Origin: Camelus dromedarius | Lineage: Eukaryota | Assembly: GCF_036321535.1 (NCBI RefSeq) | Contig: NC_087439.1 | Span: 82,150,001 to 82,214,000 of the forward strand | Direction: 5' to 3' | DNA: 64,000 bases | In this document: in pieces, positions 53,571 through 64,000 of the stretch | Layout of the letters: every line of letters starts with the position of its first letter | How positions within the stretch are numbered: the stretch's first letter is position 1 | Position numbers and translations under genes: made by a program | Notes under the pieces: model-generated | What the model was told of the DNA's origin: nothing | The model's database searches: none | The model's input: the letters and a program-made list of their open reading frames with translations, nothing else

Positions 53571-56500
53571 GTGAGACCTTACCTCATCCCTCAATTGGAT
53601 TCTCCACTGTCTCCCCAAGTTATTTTTCTGAGGCACCCTAAATCTTCTTTAGAACTTTACTACCACCATGATAGCTACTTTTCTTTTCTCTCCCCTTTTT
53701 TCCATCGCACACGTTTGTAGATAATTTAGACTCCAGACCCTAGAGAACACAGGGTTTTGAATTAGATATTCTTGAATTTGAACCTGGCTCTGCACCTTAT
53801 TAATTGTGATTCCTTGGCACAAGGCTGCTTTGCCTAAAAGAAGGCACAACTTTTTCTAATTTGCACAAAGGTGCCAGATGGTCTAGTGGAGTAAGTGCCC
53901 AGTGACTCTACAGAAAAGGTACAGAACTTCAGATAGGGGAGTGAGCATTATGGGCTAGGTATCCAAGGAAAGCCTCCAGGCAGAGCATTATAAGTGGTTG
54001 GATAAAGTCCAAAGGAAGCTTAGAGGTCTGGGTTCCAGTTTGGGAAGGGGTGGGGTGTGACTTGTGCTCTGGGACCTCTACATCTCCCCCTAGAATGGCT
54101 GGGTAGTAGGCAGGGATGTGAGCCAGATGGTCCCTCCCCTGCTTCCACCCCCGAACTCTGGGCTGAACAATTGTAGAGTGGGCAGGAAGAGGAGCTCCTC
54201 TAAGGGTTCAGGACACATGCTGGGTCTCCAAGGAGTCTGTGTCACCTCACCCCCTCCACTATTCTTACCCCTCCCTCTACAGTTGCTCAGTGCAGCCTGA
54301 CTTTAACTCTCCTGGGCTTCCCTGCCACCCTACCCCTCTTGGAGGCTCTGACTCCCAGGCTCTTGGACTCTCTGAGTCCTTGTGCATGCCCTGCTCCTCT
54401 TTCTGACCCCAGAACCTCCAGGACTCAAATGCTTCTCCTCATTCCCATAACTGACTCTCCTCTTTATGACCTTCCTCTTTGGCTCTCCCTGACCACTTGA
54501 TCTTCATTTCTGACTTCCATCTTCCCAGCTTTTCAGAATCTACAAGTCCCTCACACTTCCAGGTACCCTTAATGGGCTTAATGGGCCTAATGGCCCTATC
54601 ATTTCCATTTTTCTGAAACTCCATAACCACTATTTTCCCCTATAATCCTCTTTGACTCCCTACAACCCCTTGTAAACCCCAGTGACCCCCAACCACCCTA
54701 GCTATCTCATTACCTTCTATCCCTGTGACTCTCTCTATTACTTCTAACATAGAGAGATCCCTATGACCCCATTGCCTGATTGCTCCTACCATGATCTCAA
54801 TGATTCCATTTCTCTGGCTTCAGTATTACTCTCCCTGAGAAACCCTTTAATACTATCAATGAGCCTACAGATGTCAATCTCTCCTGACCTGCAAAGACCT
54901 CAACCCATGGACACCTACCCCAATAACTCTGCTTCTCTTTGTAATAACATCATATCTCTGAAGCCCTGAGACCCCTCAGCGGCCTCATCTTTCTGATCTG
55001 TGTGACCTCACCTCTTAAGTTTTTCTGACTTCAGAACACCTCATTTCCCTGAACAATCCCTCCTTAAAGATCCCAGTGACCCTATCACTGATTCATTCTT
55101 GACTCCAATGATCTATCTCTGACTCCTCTGACCCCTAAAGACCCAACGCTCATCTCAATGACTGTCTCTCTCTTTTCCCAATGACTCCCAATTACCTATC
55201 TCTCTGACCTCCCTTGACCTCAGTGGTCCCTTCACTACTAATCTCAGGACCCCAGTGACCCCCCCAGTTCTCTGATATTAGTGTCCTGCCTCTGGTTTCC
55301 CTTGTGATTCCATGTCCCTGACCCCTCTGACCTCCTGCCTTCAGCCCAGTAACCTTGCTTTGGCCTCTCACTAGCCCCTGTTCCCCTCCAGGTTACCGCT
55401 GCTTCAAGGCAGTACTCTTCCTCACTGGGTTGCTGTTTGGCTCAGTGGTAATCTTCCTGCTGTGCTACCGAGAGCGGGTGCTGGAGACTCAGCTGAGTGC
55501 TGGGGCAAGTGCGGGCATCGCACTGGGCATCGGGCTGCTCTGTGGGCTAGTGGCCATGCTGGTGCGCAGCGTGGGCCTCTTCCTGGTGGGGCTGCTGCTC
55601 GGCCTGCTGCTCGCCGCTGCCGCCCTGCTGGGCTCCGCTCCCTACTACCAGCCTGGCTCTGTTTGGGGCCCCCTGGGGCTGCTGCTGGGAGGCGGCCTTC
55701 TCTGTGCCCTGCTCACACTGCGCTGGCCTCGCCCACTCACCACCCTGGCCACTGCTGTGACTGGTGCTGCGCTCATCGCTACCGCTGCTGACTACTTTGC
55801 CGAGTTGCTGCTGCTGGGGCGCTATGCGGTGGAGCGTCTACGGGCTGCCCCTATTCCCCCACTCTGCTGGCGGAGCTGGGCCCTGCTGGCACTCTGGCCC
55901 CTGCTCAGCCTGATGGGCGTTCTGGTGCAGTGGCGGGTGACAGCCGAGAGGGACTCCCACACAGAAGGTGAGAGGGCCCTGGCCAGGGTGGGCATAAGAG
56001 AACTGGGAGGCCAGGGCTGGGTGGAGGCGCTGAGCGATTGGGGAGTGGGGAAATGAGCTGTACACACTAGCAGCAGAAGGCCTTAGTCAGGTTAGAGAGC
56101 TGACTGTCTCTCTGGGGAGACATCCTCCGTGCCACCGTTCATTCCACAACAATGGATAGAGCACTGGTTCTGTACCAAGCCCATTTCCAGGCACTAGGGA
56201 TGCAGCAGAGACAAAACAGAAAAGGCCCCTGCCCTGATGGGGTTACATTTGGGGTTGGGGGAGAGAGAAAATAGACATGCAAACAAACAAGATAGTTTCA
56301 GTTCTGTGGAGTGATATGCAGGGTAATGTGAAATATAGACAGAGTGGCCAAGGAAGGTTACTTGGAAGAGGTGACATTTAAGCAGAGACCTGAAAGATAA
56401 GCCAGGCAAAGAGCTAGAGAAGAGGGAATAGCCAAGGGTGAAGGCCTGTGAAGGAATGAGACTGGCCTGTTGAGGAAGTGGGGCTGGAGTGCTGGGTGAG

Positions 56501-57687
56501 GGATGCTGATTGCATGGGGACCCTGGGCCATTGATGCAGACTCTGGGCTTTATTAGAAGGGTGATGAGCTGCCATTGGAGATATAAAACAGGGAGAATAT
56601 AATGTAATTTAGCATTTGGGATGCTCATTCTGGTTACTAAGTATAGAAAGCAACGGAAAAGGGAAGCATAGAAGGAGAACAAGTGAGGAAGCAGCTTAGT
56701 TATCTAGTTGAGAGATGACGGCTAGTCTAGGTGAGTCACCTATGGCTCTGGATTGGGAGAAGGGTAATAGCTGCGGAGTGGGTACCTAGAGTCTAGAAAT
56801 TTTCCATAAAGACCTTTGGAAGAAAGGAACTGCAGGAAGTCCCATCTGGGAGGTGGGAGACCAGGAAAGTAAGGAGGGGGCAGTTATGGACAAGGAGAAT
56901 CTGGAGGCCTGGAGTCCTTGGGTAGGAAAGAGCAGGCATGCTTTGGGGAGACGAGGCATGTGGGCCTCTGAGACCTTTCTTTGCCCAACCCTTCACAGTG
57001 GTTATCAGCCGGCAGCGCCGACGCGTACAGCTGATGCGGATTCGGCAGCAGGAAGATCGCAAGGAGAAGCGGCGTAAGAAGAGACCCCCGAGGGCTCCTC
57101 CCAGAGGCCCCCGGGCTCCTCCAAGGCCTGGGCCCGCCGACCCTGCTTATCGGCGCAGGCCAGTGCCCATCAAACGCTTCAATGGAGACATCCTCTCCCC
57201 GGTGAGCATCCCGAGTGCCTCCAACCCGGGTGGAGAAGGGAGGGTTGTAGACTGTCCAGGCAGGACTGGGCTTTTCCTAGGGGCTAAAAGGCCTAGCACA
57301 TGTCCACCCACCCATCATAACCCCTCCCGTGGGAAACTGCTGGATGGGGGAGAGGTGTCCTGAGCGTGAATTTTAATGAGGTGTGGTATGGGGGTAGGGT
57401 CTCAGGGCTGTGGACTCTGGGTGTAATGGGGTCCTAGGCCAAAAGCAGACCAGGATGTGATGGTGCAGGGAGGGGATGTCTGCCTGGGGTGGCTTTCAGG
57501 GCAGGGGGTCCATGATGGCACTCTCACACCCATGTTTACTCTCCCACAGAGCTACATCCAGAGCTTCCGGGACCGGCAGACAGGGAGCTCACTGAGCTCC
57601 TTCATGGCCTCGCCCACAGATGCGGACTATGAGTACGGGTCCCGGGGGCCGCTGACAGCCTGCTCGGGGCCCCCAGTGCGGGTATAG
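53405..57687 (+). CDS. TMEM198: Transmembrane protein 198, 360 aa
   Basis: join(53405..53570,55392..55967,56999..57201,57550..57687) = 1083 nt; [23 protein letters not shown]...GPPVRV*; non-coding exon donor CAG/gtagat at 53045. Confidence 0.96.
55392..55967 (+). CDS. TMEM198: TMEM198 coding exon 2 (multi-pass TM)
   Basis: [12 protein letters not shown]...DSHTE G/gtgag. Confidence 0.95.
56130..56730 (-). mobile_element. L2 LINE
   Basis: ccaggcactagggatgcagcagagacaaaacagaaaaggcccctgccctgatgg; gaggtgacatttaagcagagacctgaa. Confidence 0.75.
56999..57201 (+). CDS. TMEM198: TMEM198 coding exon 3
   Basis: [13 protein letters not shown]...GDILSP/gtgag. Confidence 0.94.
57550..57687 (+). CDS. TMEM198: TMEM198 last coding exon
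   Basis: [10 protein letters not shown]...PVRV TAG. Confidence 0.94.
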   Translation, partial: SYIQSFRDRQTGSSLSSFMASPTDADYEYGSRGPLTACSGPPVRV

Positions 57688-58592
57688 CAGTCAAGCTGCT
57701 CCTGCCTGCCTGGACTCATCGGTCACCAGCTCTGCCAGCCTGGGGAGGCCTGCTGGGCCACAACTCAGCCCACCTGGCCCGTGGCCTTGGGCTGTCCCTT
57801 TCCCTATCCGGGAGAGGGATGGCCTGGCTGCCAGAAGGGAGGACCTCTCTCAGTCTTAGCCTGGCCTAAGGGGAGAGCCCCCTCCCAAGCTCCCGAGGGG
57901 CTCCTGAGGGACACGAGTGTGAGCCCCATTGGGGTGTGCTCAGGGTTGTGAGTGTGTCACTTGTGTGTGCGTGTGTTTGGAGGGATGGCCTTGGAGGGGA
58001 CACTGGGACCCTTGCCTTAGATTTCTGATTGGTAGGGCTTCTCCAAGGGTGGCCCCACCTCTTCTCCCACTGCTGGAGTCCCATGGGTCACTCTCCTGCA
58101 TGTTAAAGTGGAGGAGATCTGCCTTCCTCCCACATTGCCTCCACCTCTCAGCCAGGCTCATCTAAGGCTTCTTGTCCTTGACCATGGGGCAAACTGCAGC
58201 AGCCCTCACCTTGGTCCCCTGTTCTCTGCAAGCCACCAGCCTGAGGGCAGTGGCCGGGGAGGGGGGTGGGGGGGTACTGCTCTGGGCTGGGCTAAGGAAG
58301 GGGGTTAGGGGGAGGGGGCTTAAATGCACGGTGCATGTCTGGTGTCTGTCATGCCACTCTGGACACCTCATGCTTCTGTCTCCCCCCATCCCACTCTGTT
58401 TTACATCTTTTATAAATGTGCCAAACTGTGCAGCTTCTGCCAGGAGTGGTGGTCTTCGGTGGCTGTCACTTCCATGGGCCAAGTTGGAAACACTGTGGCC
58501 CTTGGTTCCCTGTGTCACTCACTACACGGGGGCTCCAGGCAAGTTCTGCCCTCCCATGTCACACAGAGAGCCAGGAAAGGGGCTGTACCACT

Positions 58593-58598
58593 TTTATT
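58593..58598 (-). terminator. OBSL1 poly(A) signal AATAAA
   Basis: TTTATT on +, about 105 nt after the OBSL1 stop. Confidence 0.75.
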
Positions 58599-58703
58599 GT
58601 CTCCCAACACCTCTGGTTCCCCTCCCTCCCCACCGCTTCCAGGGGTAAGGGCACACGCCTTCCAAGCTGTCCGAGGGCACCTGCCTGGCCTCTTTGGGTC
58701 CTC

Positions 58704-58711
58704 CTAGCTAC
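58704..58711 (-). CDS. OBSL1: OBSL1 terminal coding exon (8 coding nt)
   Basis: ctgcag/GT AGC TAG completes ...VEGS*. Confidence 0.8.
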
Positions 58712-61700
58712 CTGCAGAGGAATGAGAGCAAGTGGGGCTGGGGAGAGAGTGGGTACCACCTTCCTCTCTCCTGGCAGAGCCTGGGCTCCTACACAGGAAG
58801 AACTGGGCCCTCACCCTCTGCTCCACCCTTTCTGGACTCCTGTCAGGGCTGTCTGTGGGGGCAGGAAAGGGCAGGTGGCCAGTTAGAGGTGGGGCAAGGC
58901 AAAGCATCTGAAGGGAATGCAGGAATTCAGGTGGAGGGTAGGGCATCCCTTATGTGGACAAGGAAAGAAATGGGACCAGCTCAGGAGCCCTCTGCCCAGG
59001 CTGATGTGGAGCTCACTGAGATGGGCTGAGAAGCCAGCTGGGCAGAGAGCAGGAGGGGTGAGGGACAGGTGAGGGGCACAGACCAGGGTAGGTGGGAAGG
59101 AGAGGGACTTGAGTACAAATGGGTCATTCAGGAGAGACAAACGTGGTCTAGAGGCAGGAGGAAATGAGGAGAAGCTCAGAGAGGAAGGAGTGTAGAAAGG
59201 TGGGAGTAGCTGCCCTAAATCTAGTGTTTCCCGTTGAGAACACAGGACTCCCTCCTCTCCTCAGCCCTGGCTGTGATGTCCCGCCTGCCTCCTCACTCCC
59301 CATCTCCAACACATCTCAGAACCATCTTGCCATCCCAAGTTCAGGAAAACCTGCAGGAGGTGTGTCTCAGCCCACGGGTTCCTAGGCGACCGCTGGCCAG
59401 CTGACCTGCCTCTCTGACCTCTGCTCAATCGGATTTACTTACCCTCTACCAGCAGCCGTGTGTGGGCGCTGTCCTGGCCAGCCTGGCAGCAGTAGGTGCC
59501 CTGGTCCTCAGGTCGCACGTCATGGATGACCAGGCTGTGGGTGGGGCCATGGCTGCGCAGCTCGTACTTGTCTCCCGCGCACAGCTCGACTCCCTCCCTC
59601 AACCAGCACACTTGACCCCCCGAGCGGGACACAGTCACCTCCAGCACCGCCCGGCGCCCAACCAGAACCGTCTTCTCAAGAGGGGGGCGGCGGCACATCT
59701 GGAGAGGCAGTGCTGGGGATGGAGGACGAGGGCTTAAGTTAATAAGGACACGCAGGGCCCCCAGGAGGAGAGAAGCATCTTCCCTCCCTCTGCAGCATCC
59801 ACTCCTGGTCTTAGATCTCTATGCCACCAGTCAGTTCCTCTCTACCCTCAAACTCAAAGTCTCCTCCTCCCCATCTCCTCCCCAGGAAACGCACTGCCCT
59901 CTGTGACCCGCTCCAGGAGAGCCCCGCGAGGAAGGAGGCGGGGAAGCAGGGTTCACCGGACCAGCTGTCAGCCTGCCAGTCCCAAGGCGAGACAGTGCCC
60001 ACTTCAGGCCGTCCTCATCCCAGTTTCTTACCCTCAACCTCCAGCTGAGCCACGGACTGGGCGGGTCCCGCCTGGAAGCGGACCTCTCCAGCGTCCTCCG
60101 CGCGCAGGTCGCTCAGCACCAGGATATGTTTCTTCCCTGGGGGTGAGGGGGGCCGCTAGAGAGGCCGGAGCCGCCTCTGGAGAGGGGTCGGGGATGAGAG
60201 TGGGGCCGCAGTAGGTCCCCGGGTCGGTTCAGTGGCGGTAAATGTGAGCGGGGCTGGGCGGAATTGGGATGCCGAGGGGAAAGAGGGGCGGTCCAGGACC
60301 GAGGGCTCAAACTGGAGGCCTGGGAAGGACCAGGAGACTGCTCCTTGGGCTGTGGGGCGGGGCCTACTCGAGCTGGAGGTGGGACTTATCCTAGTAGGGC
60401 GGGGTCTGTCTGAGCCGGGGGCGGAGCAGTGAGAGGCCAGAGTGGGTAGAAAGTCGGCCAGACCTTCTTGTCGTATGCGGACGCGGACTCCGGGTCTAAG
60501 CGGGCGGCCTCCGAGCTCCCAGCTCCCGGTGGTCTCGACCTCCGACACGGTGCACTCGAATGTGGCTCCGTCGCCTTCCCGCGCGCGCACCGACTGGAGC
60601 TCGGAGAGCACCGACACCTTGCGCTCTGGGGCGGAGTCAGGGGCGTGAGGAGGGAGTGGCGGTACCGGACCACGCCCACATCTCGTCCTCGCTTTAGAAG
60701 CACCCAAGAGAGTCTCGGAAGCAAGTCTGGTCCGCAGGCCCAGCACCCATGGCAGTGCCCGGCCTGGGCAGCACCCCGTACCCACCGTGCACCACCAGGT
60801 GGACAGGCCCGCCGCGGACCATCCCCACCGCGCAGCTGTAGGTCCCAGCGTCTGAGGAGCCGCAGCGCCGCAGCTGGAGAAGGCGGCGTGTGCCAAGGGA
60901 CTGGATCCTGAGCCGAGGGCTGGGAGTGAGCGGGAGCCCGTCCTAAGGGCGGGAGTCGCACAGTGTCGGTGTGAACTCGGTTGGGCATCGGCAGCCGCAG
61001 CCCCAGTAGGCGGCTGCGCCCTCTGTTGATGCCAAGAGGTTTCAAGGCAGGTTTACGCTATGGGGTAGGGCCATCCCGCGCCTTCGGGACTGGGACCGCG
61101 GCAGGAATCTCATGGGAAGGTGGCACCCTTTGGGAACCTTAGGTGTAAGAAGGGGGGGTCACAGGAGCGGGAAGCCTAGAGTCATTTACCGATCATACTA
61201 GCCATGAGCGTGGATTCTGGAATCAGGAATCCTGGATTAAAATATGGGCTCTATGTCTGCCCCTGGGCAATGCTTCACCCCACTGAGCATCAGTCTCCTT
61301 ATAGATAATAAGACCTACCTCATAGGGTTGCTGGATGGGTTAGAGGATTAAATGCAAATAAATTTTAGCACAGTGCCAGGCATATCACTCACTGAGTTTT
61401 AGTTATTTCTGTTGGGGCCTTGTTATTGCTGTTATGAAACTGAAATGGGCTGGGCTGGGACTGAGCTCTGACCTTCTCCCAGGTGATGTCAGCCAAGGCC
61501 TGGGAAAGCTCACACTCGAACGTAGCTGTGTCACCCTCAGTCACTTCTAGGTCCTGTGGTCCCTGAACAATGGTCACTGGGGCTTCTGGGAGCAGGAGAA
61601 GTAGGATACACTTAAGCACAAGGGGTCACTAGTGGGCATATTTAGACAAGGTGATTAACAGAGGGCACCAGTGAGTGAGGGGCATGCTGGGATAAGTGGT

Positions 61701-63978
61701 CCAAAGGGGATGCTGGTCAGTGGGGGGACACAGCAGGAACAGAGCAGTCAGTGTGACAGGAATGACCAGATAGGGGTCACATTTAAGGGGATCAGTGGGG
61801 GACATACTGAGGGTACAGGGGAATGGGGGAAACTGGAGTAGAGATGTCAGTGGAGTTACCCATAGGCAGGCATGGTTAGTGGGGGCCACACTAGCTGGAA
61901 TGGACAGGAAAAACTGGCCAGTGGGGACAACATGGGCTTAGAGGAACAATGGTGGGACCCTAGAGCAGATGTGGTCATTGGGAAACACACTGGGGCTGAA
62001 AGCAAAACCGGGGGACCCTGAAGCAGAGTTGCTGGTGTGGAGTCACCCTCCTGCATGGTCAGTGGATCACTGGGACTTGGGTAGTCACAAGGGCACACTC
62101 AGGCAGGCAGAGGGGGCTGCAGCAGGCATGATCAGTGAGCTCACCTTCAGAGTGGTTGGCAGGGCCACGGTCAGGCAGGCAGGCAACAGGGACCACCCTA
62201 GCACAGGCATCTTACAGCGGCACAGCCAGTGGTCCACAGGGACTGGAGGCTCAGTGGAGCCACACTCAGGCAGGGCAGTCACTGGTGCCACACGTGGCCA
62301 AAGGGTCAAGGGAGTCACACTCTGGCAGGGAGGTCAACAAGGGCCACACTGGGACAGGCAAGGTGAGTGGGAGACACACAGGTAGTGGTGTCAGTATGGT
62401 CACACCCAGAGCAGTTAGCAGACAGGCGATGGTTCCAGAGGCCGCACCTCTCACAGTGAGTCTGGTTGCACAGCGCAGGGCATCCGCAGTGAAGGAGATG
62501 CAGCCTGAGTCTGCCAGGCCCAGGTCACTGAGTACCAGGTGGTGAGTGTGGCCCTCTGCATGAATTTGGCACTTGGACCCTGGCTGCAGCTGGACTCCAC
62601 CTCGGGCCCACTCCCCAGTCACACCCTCCTGGGACAGCTCCAGCTGGAAGGTGGCGCTGCCCCCCTCGATGACGGTCACATCCTCCAGAGGCCGCAGTAC
62701 CCTAAGCTGCCTTGCTGGTGGGGGGAAATGAGGAAAGAGGGAGGATGAGGGCTCCAAATCTGGCCAGGGGTTTGGGGGACTTGCACACCCCTTGGCTCTG
62801 CCTGCACCACCCTAACACCCAATCTAGTAAGGTTCTATCGAACAAAGTACAGGACCAGGGTGCAGAAATAAGGGAGCAGAGCTGGCCTTACTTGGGTGAG
62901 AGAGGAGCTTAGTGGGGTTGGAGGAGGGGACACATAAAGGGGGTGATGTGTAGTTAGGGGGTGAAGAGGTTGGGTGAGGGGTGCTGTGACACTGGAAGGA
63001 GCACAGAATTTGGAGTCAGACCATCTGGACTTGATCCTAGCTCTGTCACACAGTTTGTGTGCTGTGTGACCTTTGGCAAATGGCTTGACCTTTCTGGGCC
63101 TTAGTTTCTCCAACTGTACAAGGCTAATAGCATTGAGACACAGGTTTATTGTGATTAAATAAATGAAATAAAATTAGATGAGAATATATATCACCACCAA
63201 CAACCATTTACCAAGCTCTGTGTGGCTATTTCTCAAATGTTCCCAAAGACCCTTAAAATAGGCATCCACTCCATTTTTAGGAAGATTTGGCTCAGAGAGG
63301 TTAAGTAATTTGTATGAAGTCACACAGTTCATAGAGGGCTCAGGGGTAGGGGTGCTATCTGCTTCCTGCTTGTCAGATGGGCCCATGCATCCTGGGGCAG
63401 GTAACTGAAAAGATAAACCCAGCACATCTTTCTGGAGTATAACATTTATGTTTATAGCAAAGCCAACTTGGACATATGAAATGGAATGCGAAATCCACAT
63501 GGACTTCTAAGGTAAATAGAAAATATTAGAAAAAGAAAAGTTTCGCTTTGGGCAGGCTGCTTCAGGTCACACTCCTGGGGGTCGGCCAGGGCTGACTTGC
63601 CTTGCGGCAAGGGGCACTTTGGTGGGGGTCTGAAGGGCCCTGGGCCAGCCAGGAGAGGCTGTGCCATGGGGTGGGCGATGCGTTAGGAGAGGACAGGGCA
63701 CTCACGCCTTACACTGAGCCTGGCCAGGGTGCGATCGTGGTGGCTCTCACAGCCGTAGGTGCCCTGGTCAGCCAGCACAACGCCGTGGATGAAGAGGCGG
63801 TAGATATGGCCGTCCTGGGCCATGGACAGGCGGGAGTCAGGGGGTAGGGGTGCTCCACCCCGAATCCAGCGCACAGCCCCCGCTGCACCCACTCGGCCTG
63901 TCTCCACTTCAAGGCACACATCTTGGCCTTCCTCTGCCCGCACATCCTGCAGCCGCCGCAGAAACAGCAGCTCCGTTT
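58704..63978 (-). CDS. OBSL1: Obscurin-like protein 1, 3' part (C-terminal Ig domains)
   Basis: complement(join(58704..58711,59443..59712,60032..60136,60464..60625,60786..60942,61473..61585,62448..62714,63706..63978)); tandem Ig I-set domains ending HTRLLVEGS*. The gene continues past the window end. Confidence 0.94.
59443..59712 (-). CDS. OBSL1: OBSL1 exon (last Ig domain)
   Basis: ALPLQMCRRPP...EDQGTYCC...LLVE G/gtaagt. Confidence 0.92.
60032..60136 (-). CDS. OBSL1: OBSL1 exon
   Basis: GKKHILVLSDLRAEDAGEVRFQAG. Confidence 0.9.
60464..60625 (-). CDS. OBSL1: OBSL1 exon
   Basis: ERKVSVLSELQSVRAREGDGATFEC. Confidence 0.9.
60786..60942 (-). CDS. OBSL1: OBSL1 exon
   Basis: DGLPLTPSPRLRIQ...DAGTYSCAVG. 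Confidence 0.9.
61195..61400 (+). mobile_element. MIR SINE
   Basis: ctgagcatcagtctcc...acctacctcatagggttg...ggattaaatg...agcacagtgcc. Confidence 0.7.
61473..61585 (-). CDS. OBSL1: OBSL1 exon
   Basis: EAPVTIVQGPQDLEVTEGDTATFEC...TWEK. Confidence 0.92.
62448..62714 (-). CDS. OBSL1: OBSL1 exon
   Basis: RQLRVLRPLEDV...ADSGCISF...LTVR. Confidence 0.92.
62995..63330. mobile_element. Two opposed MIR fragments
   Basis: tgtgtgacctttggcaaat...ctgggccttagtttctcc; ggctcagagaggttaagtaatttg. Confidence 0.65.
63706..63978 (-). CDS. OBSL1: OBSL1 exon
   Basis: ETELLFLRRLQDV...ADQGTYGC...LSVR. Confidence 0.92.
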
Positions 63979-64000
63979 CTGGGGAGAAAGGGAGAGGGGG

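Noticed and set aside
57202-57549. Orthologue of human MIR3132 (recalled as intronic in TMEM198)
   Set aside because: No convincing hairpin found by eye; cannot be supported without alignment and folding.
59435-59698. 87-aa ATG-initiated ORF as a separate gene, or AG at 59699-59700 as the acceptor
   Set aside because: Internal OBSL1 exon; only the acceptor 14 nt upstream (exon edge 59712) keeps the frame.
1-64000. CRISPR arrays, rRNA/tRNA genes, ERV or numt sequence
   Set aside because: None recognised; this is eukaryotic gene-dense DNA.

Overview
Mammalian genomic DNA, GC-rich, with five N gaps. It is syntenic with human 2q35. Gene order: SPEG 3' end (+, last 10 coding exons), SPEGNB (+, inactivated here), GMPPA (+, complete, 420 aa), ASIC4 (+, 539 aa predicted; part of exon 1 and all of exon 4 lie in N gaps), CHPF (-, complete, 775 aa), TMEM198 (+, complete, 360 aa) and the OBSL1 3' end (-, last 8 exons). 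Exons were walked by hand using splice sites and reading-frame phase; gene names come from recognising the translated proteins, with no database search. Repeats are mostly ancient MIR, L2 and MER elements. No Alu, B1/B2, Bov-tA, PRE1 or SINEC was recognised; one tiny L1 fragment looks camelid-like, so the taxon call is tentative. The strongest result is that SPEGNB (IQ motif plus two Ig domains) appears to be a unitary pseudogene: it has two frameshifts, a premature stop, a degraded splice donor, loss of an Ig cysteine and stop loss, yet keeps its TATA box and poly(A) signal. Other candidates: a 15-nt in-frame GMPPA microexon; nine RBFOX motifs upstream of a 57-nt ASIC4 exon; an intragenic CpG island with (CCG)13 in ASIC4 intron 1; an overlapping uORF in TMEM198; an alternative CHPF first exon in a dual-CRE bidirectional promoter; and sense-strand TGACY-rich introns in TMEM198 and OBSL1. 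No CRISPR arrays or RNA genes are supported. Repeat boundaries are approximate.
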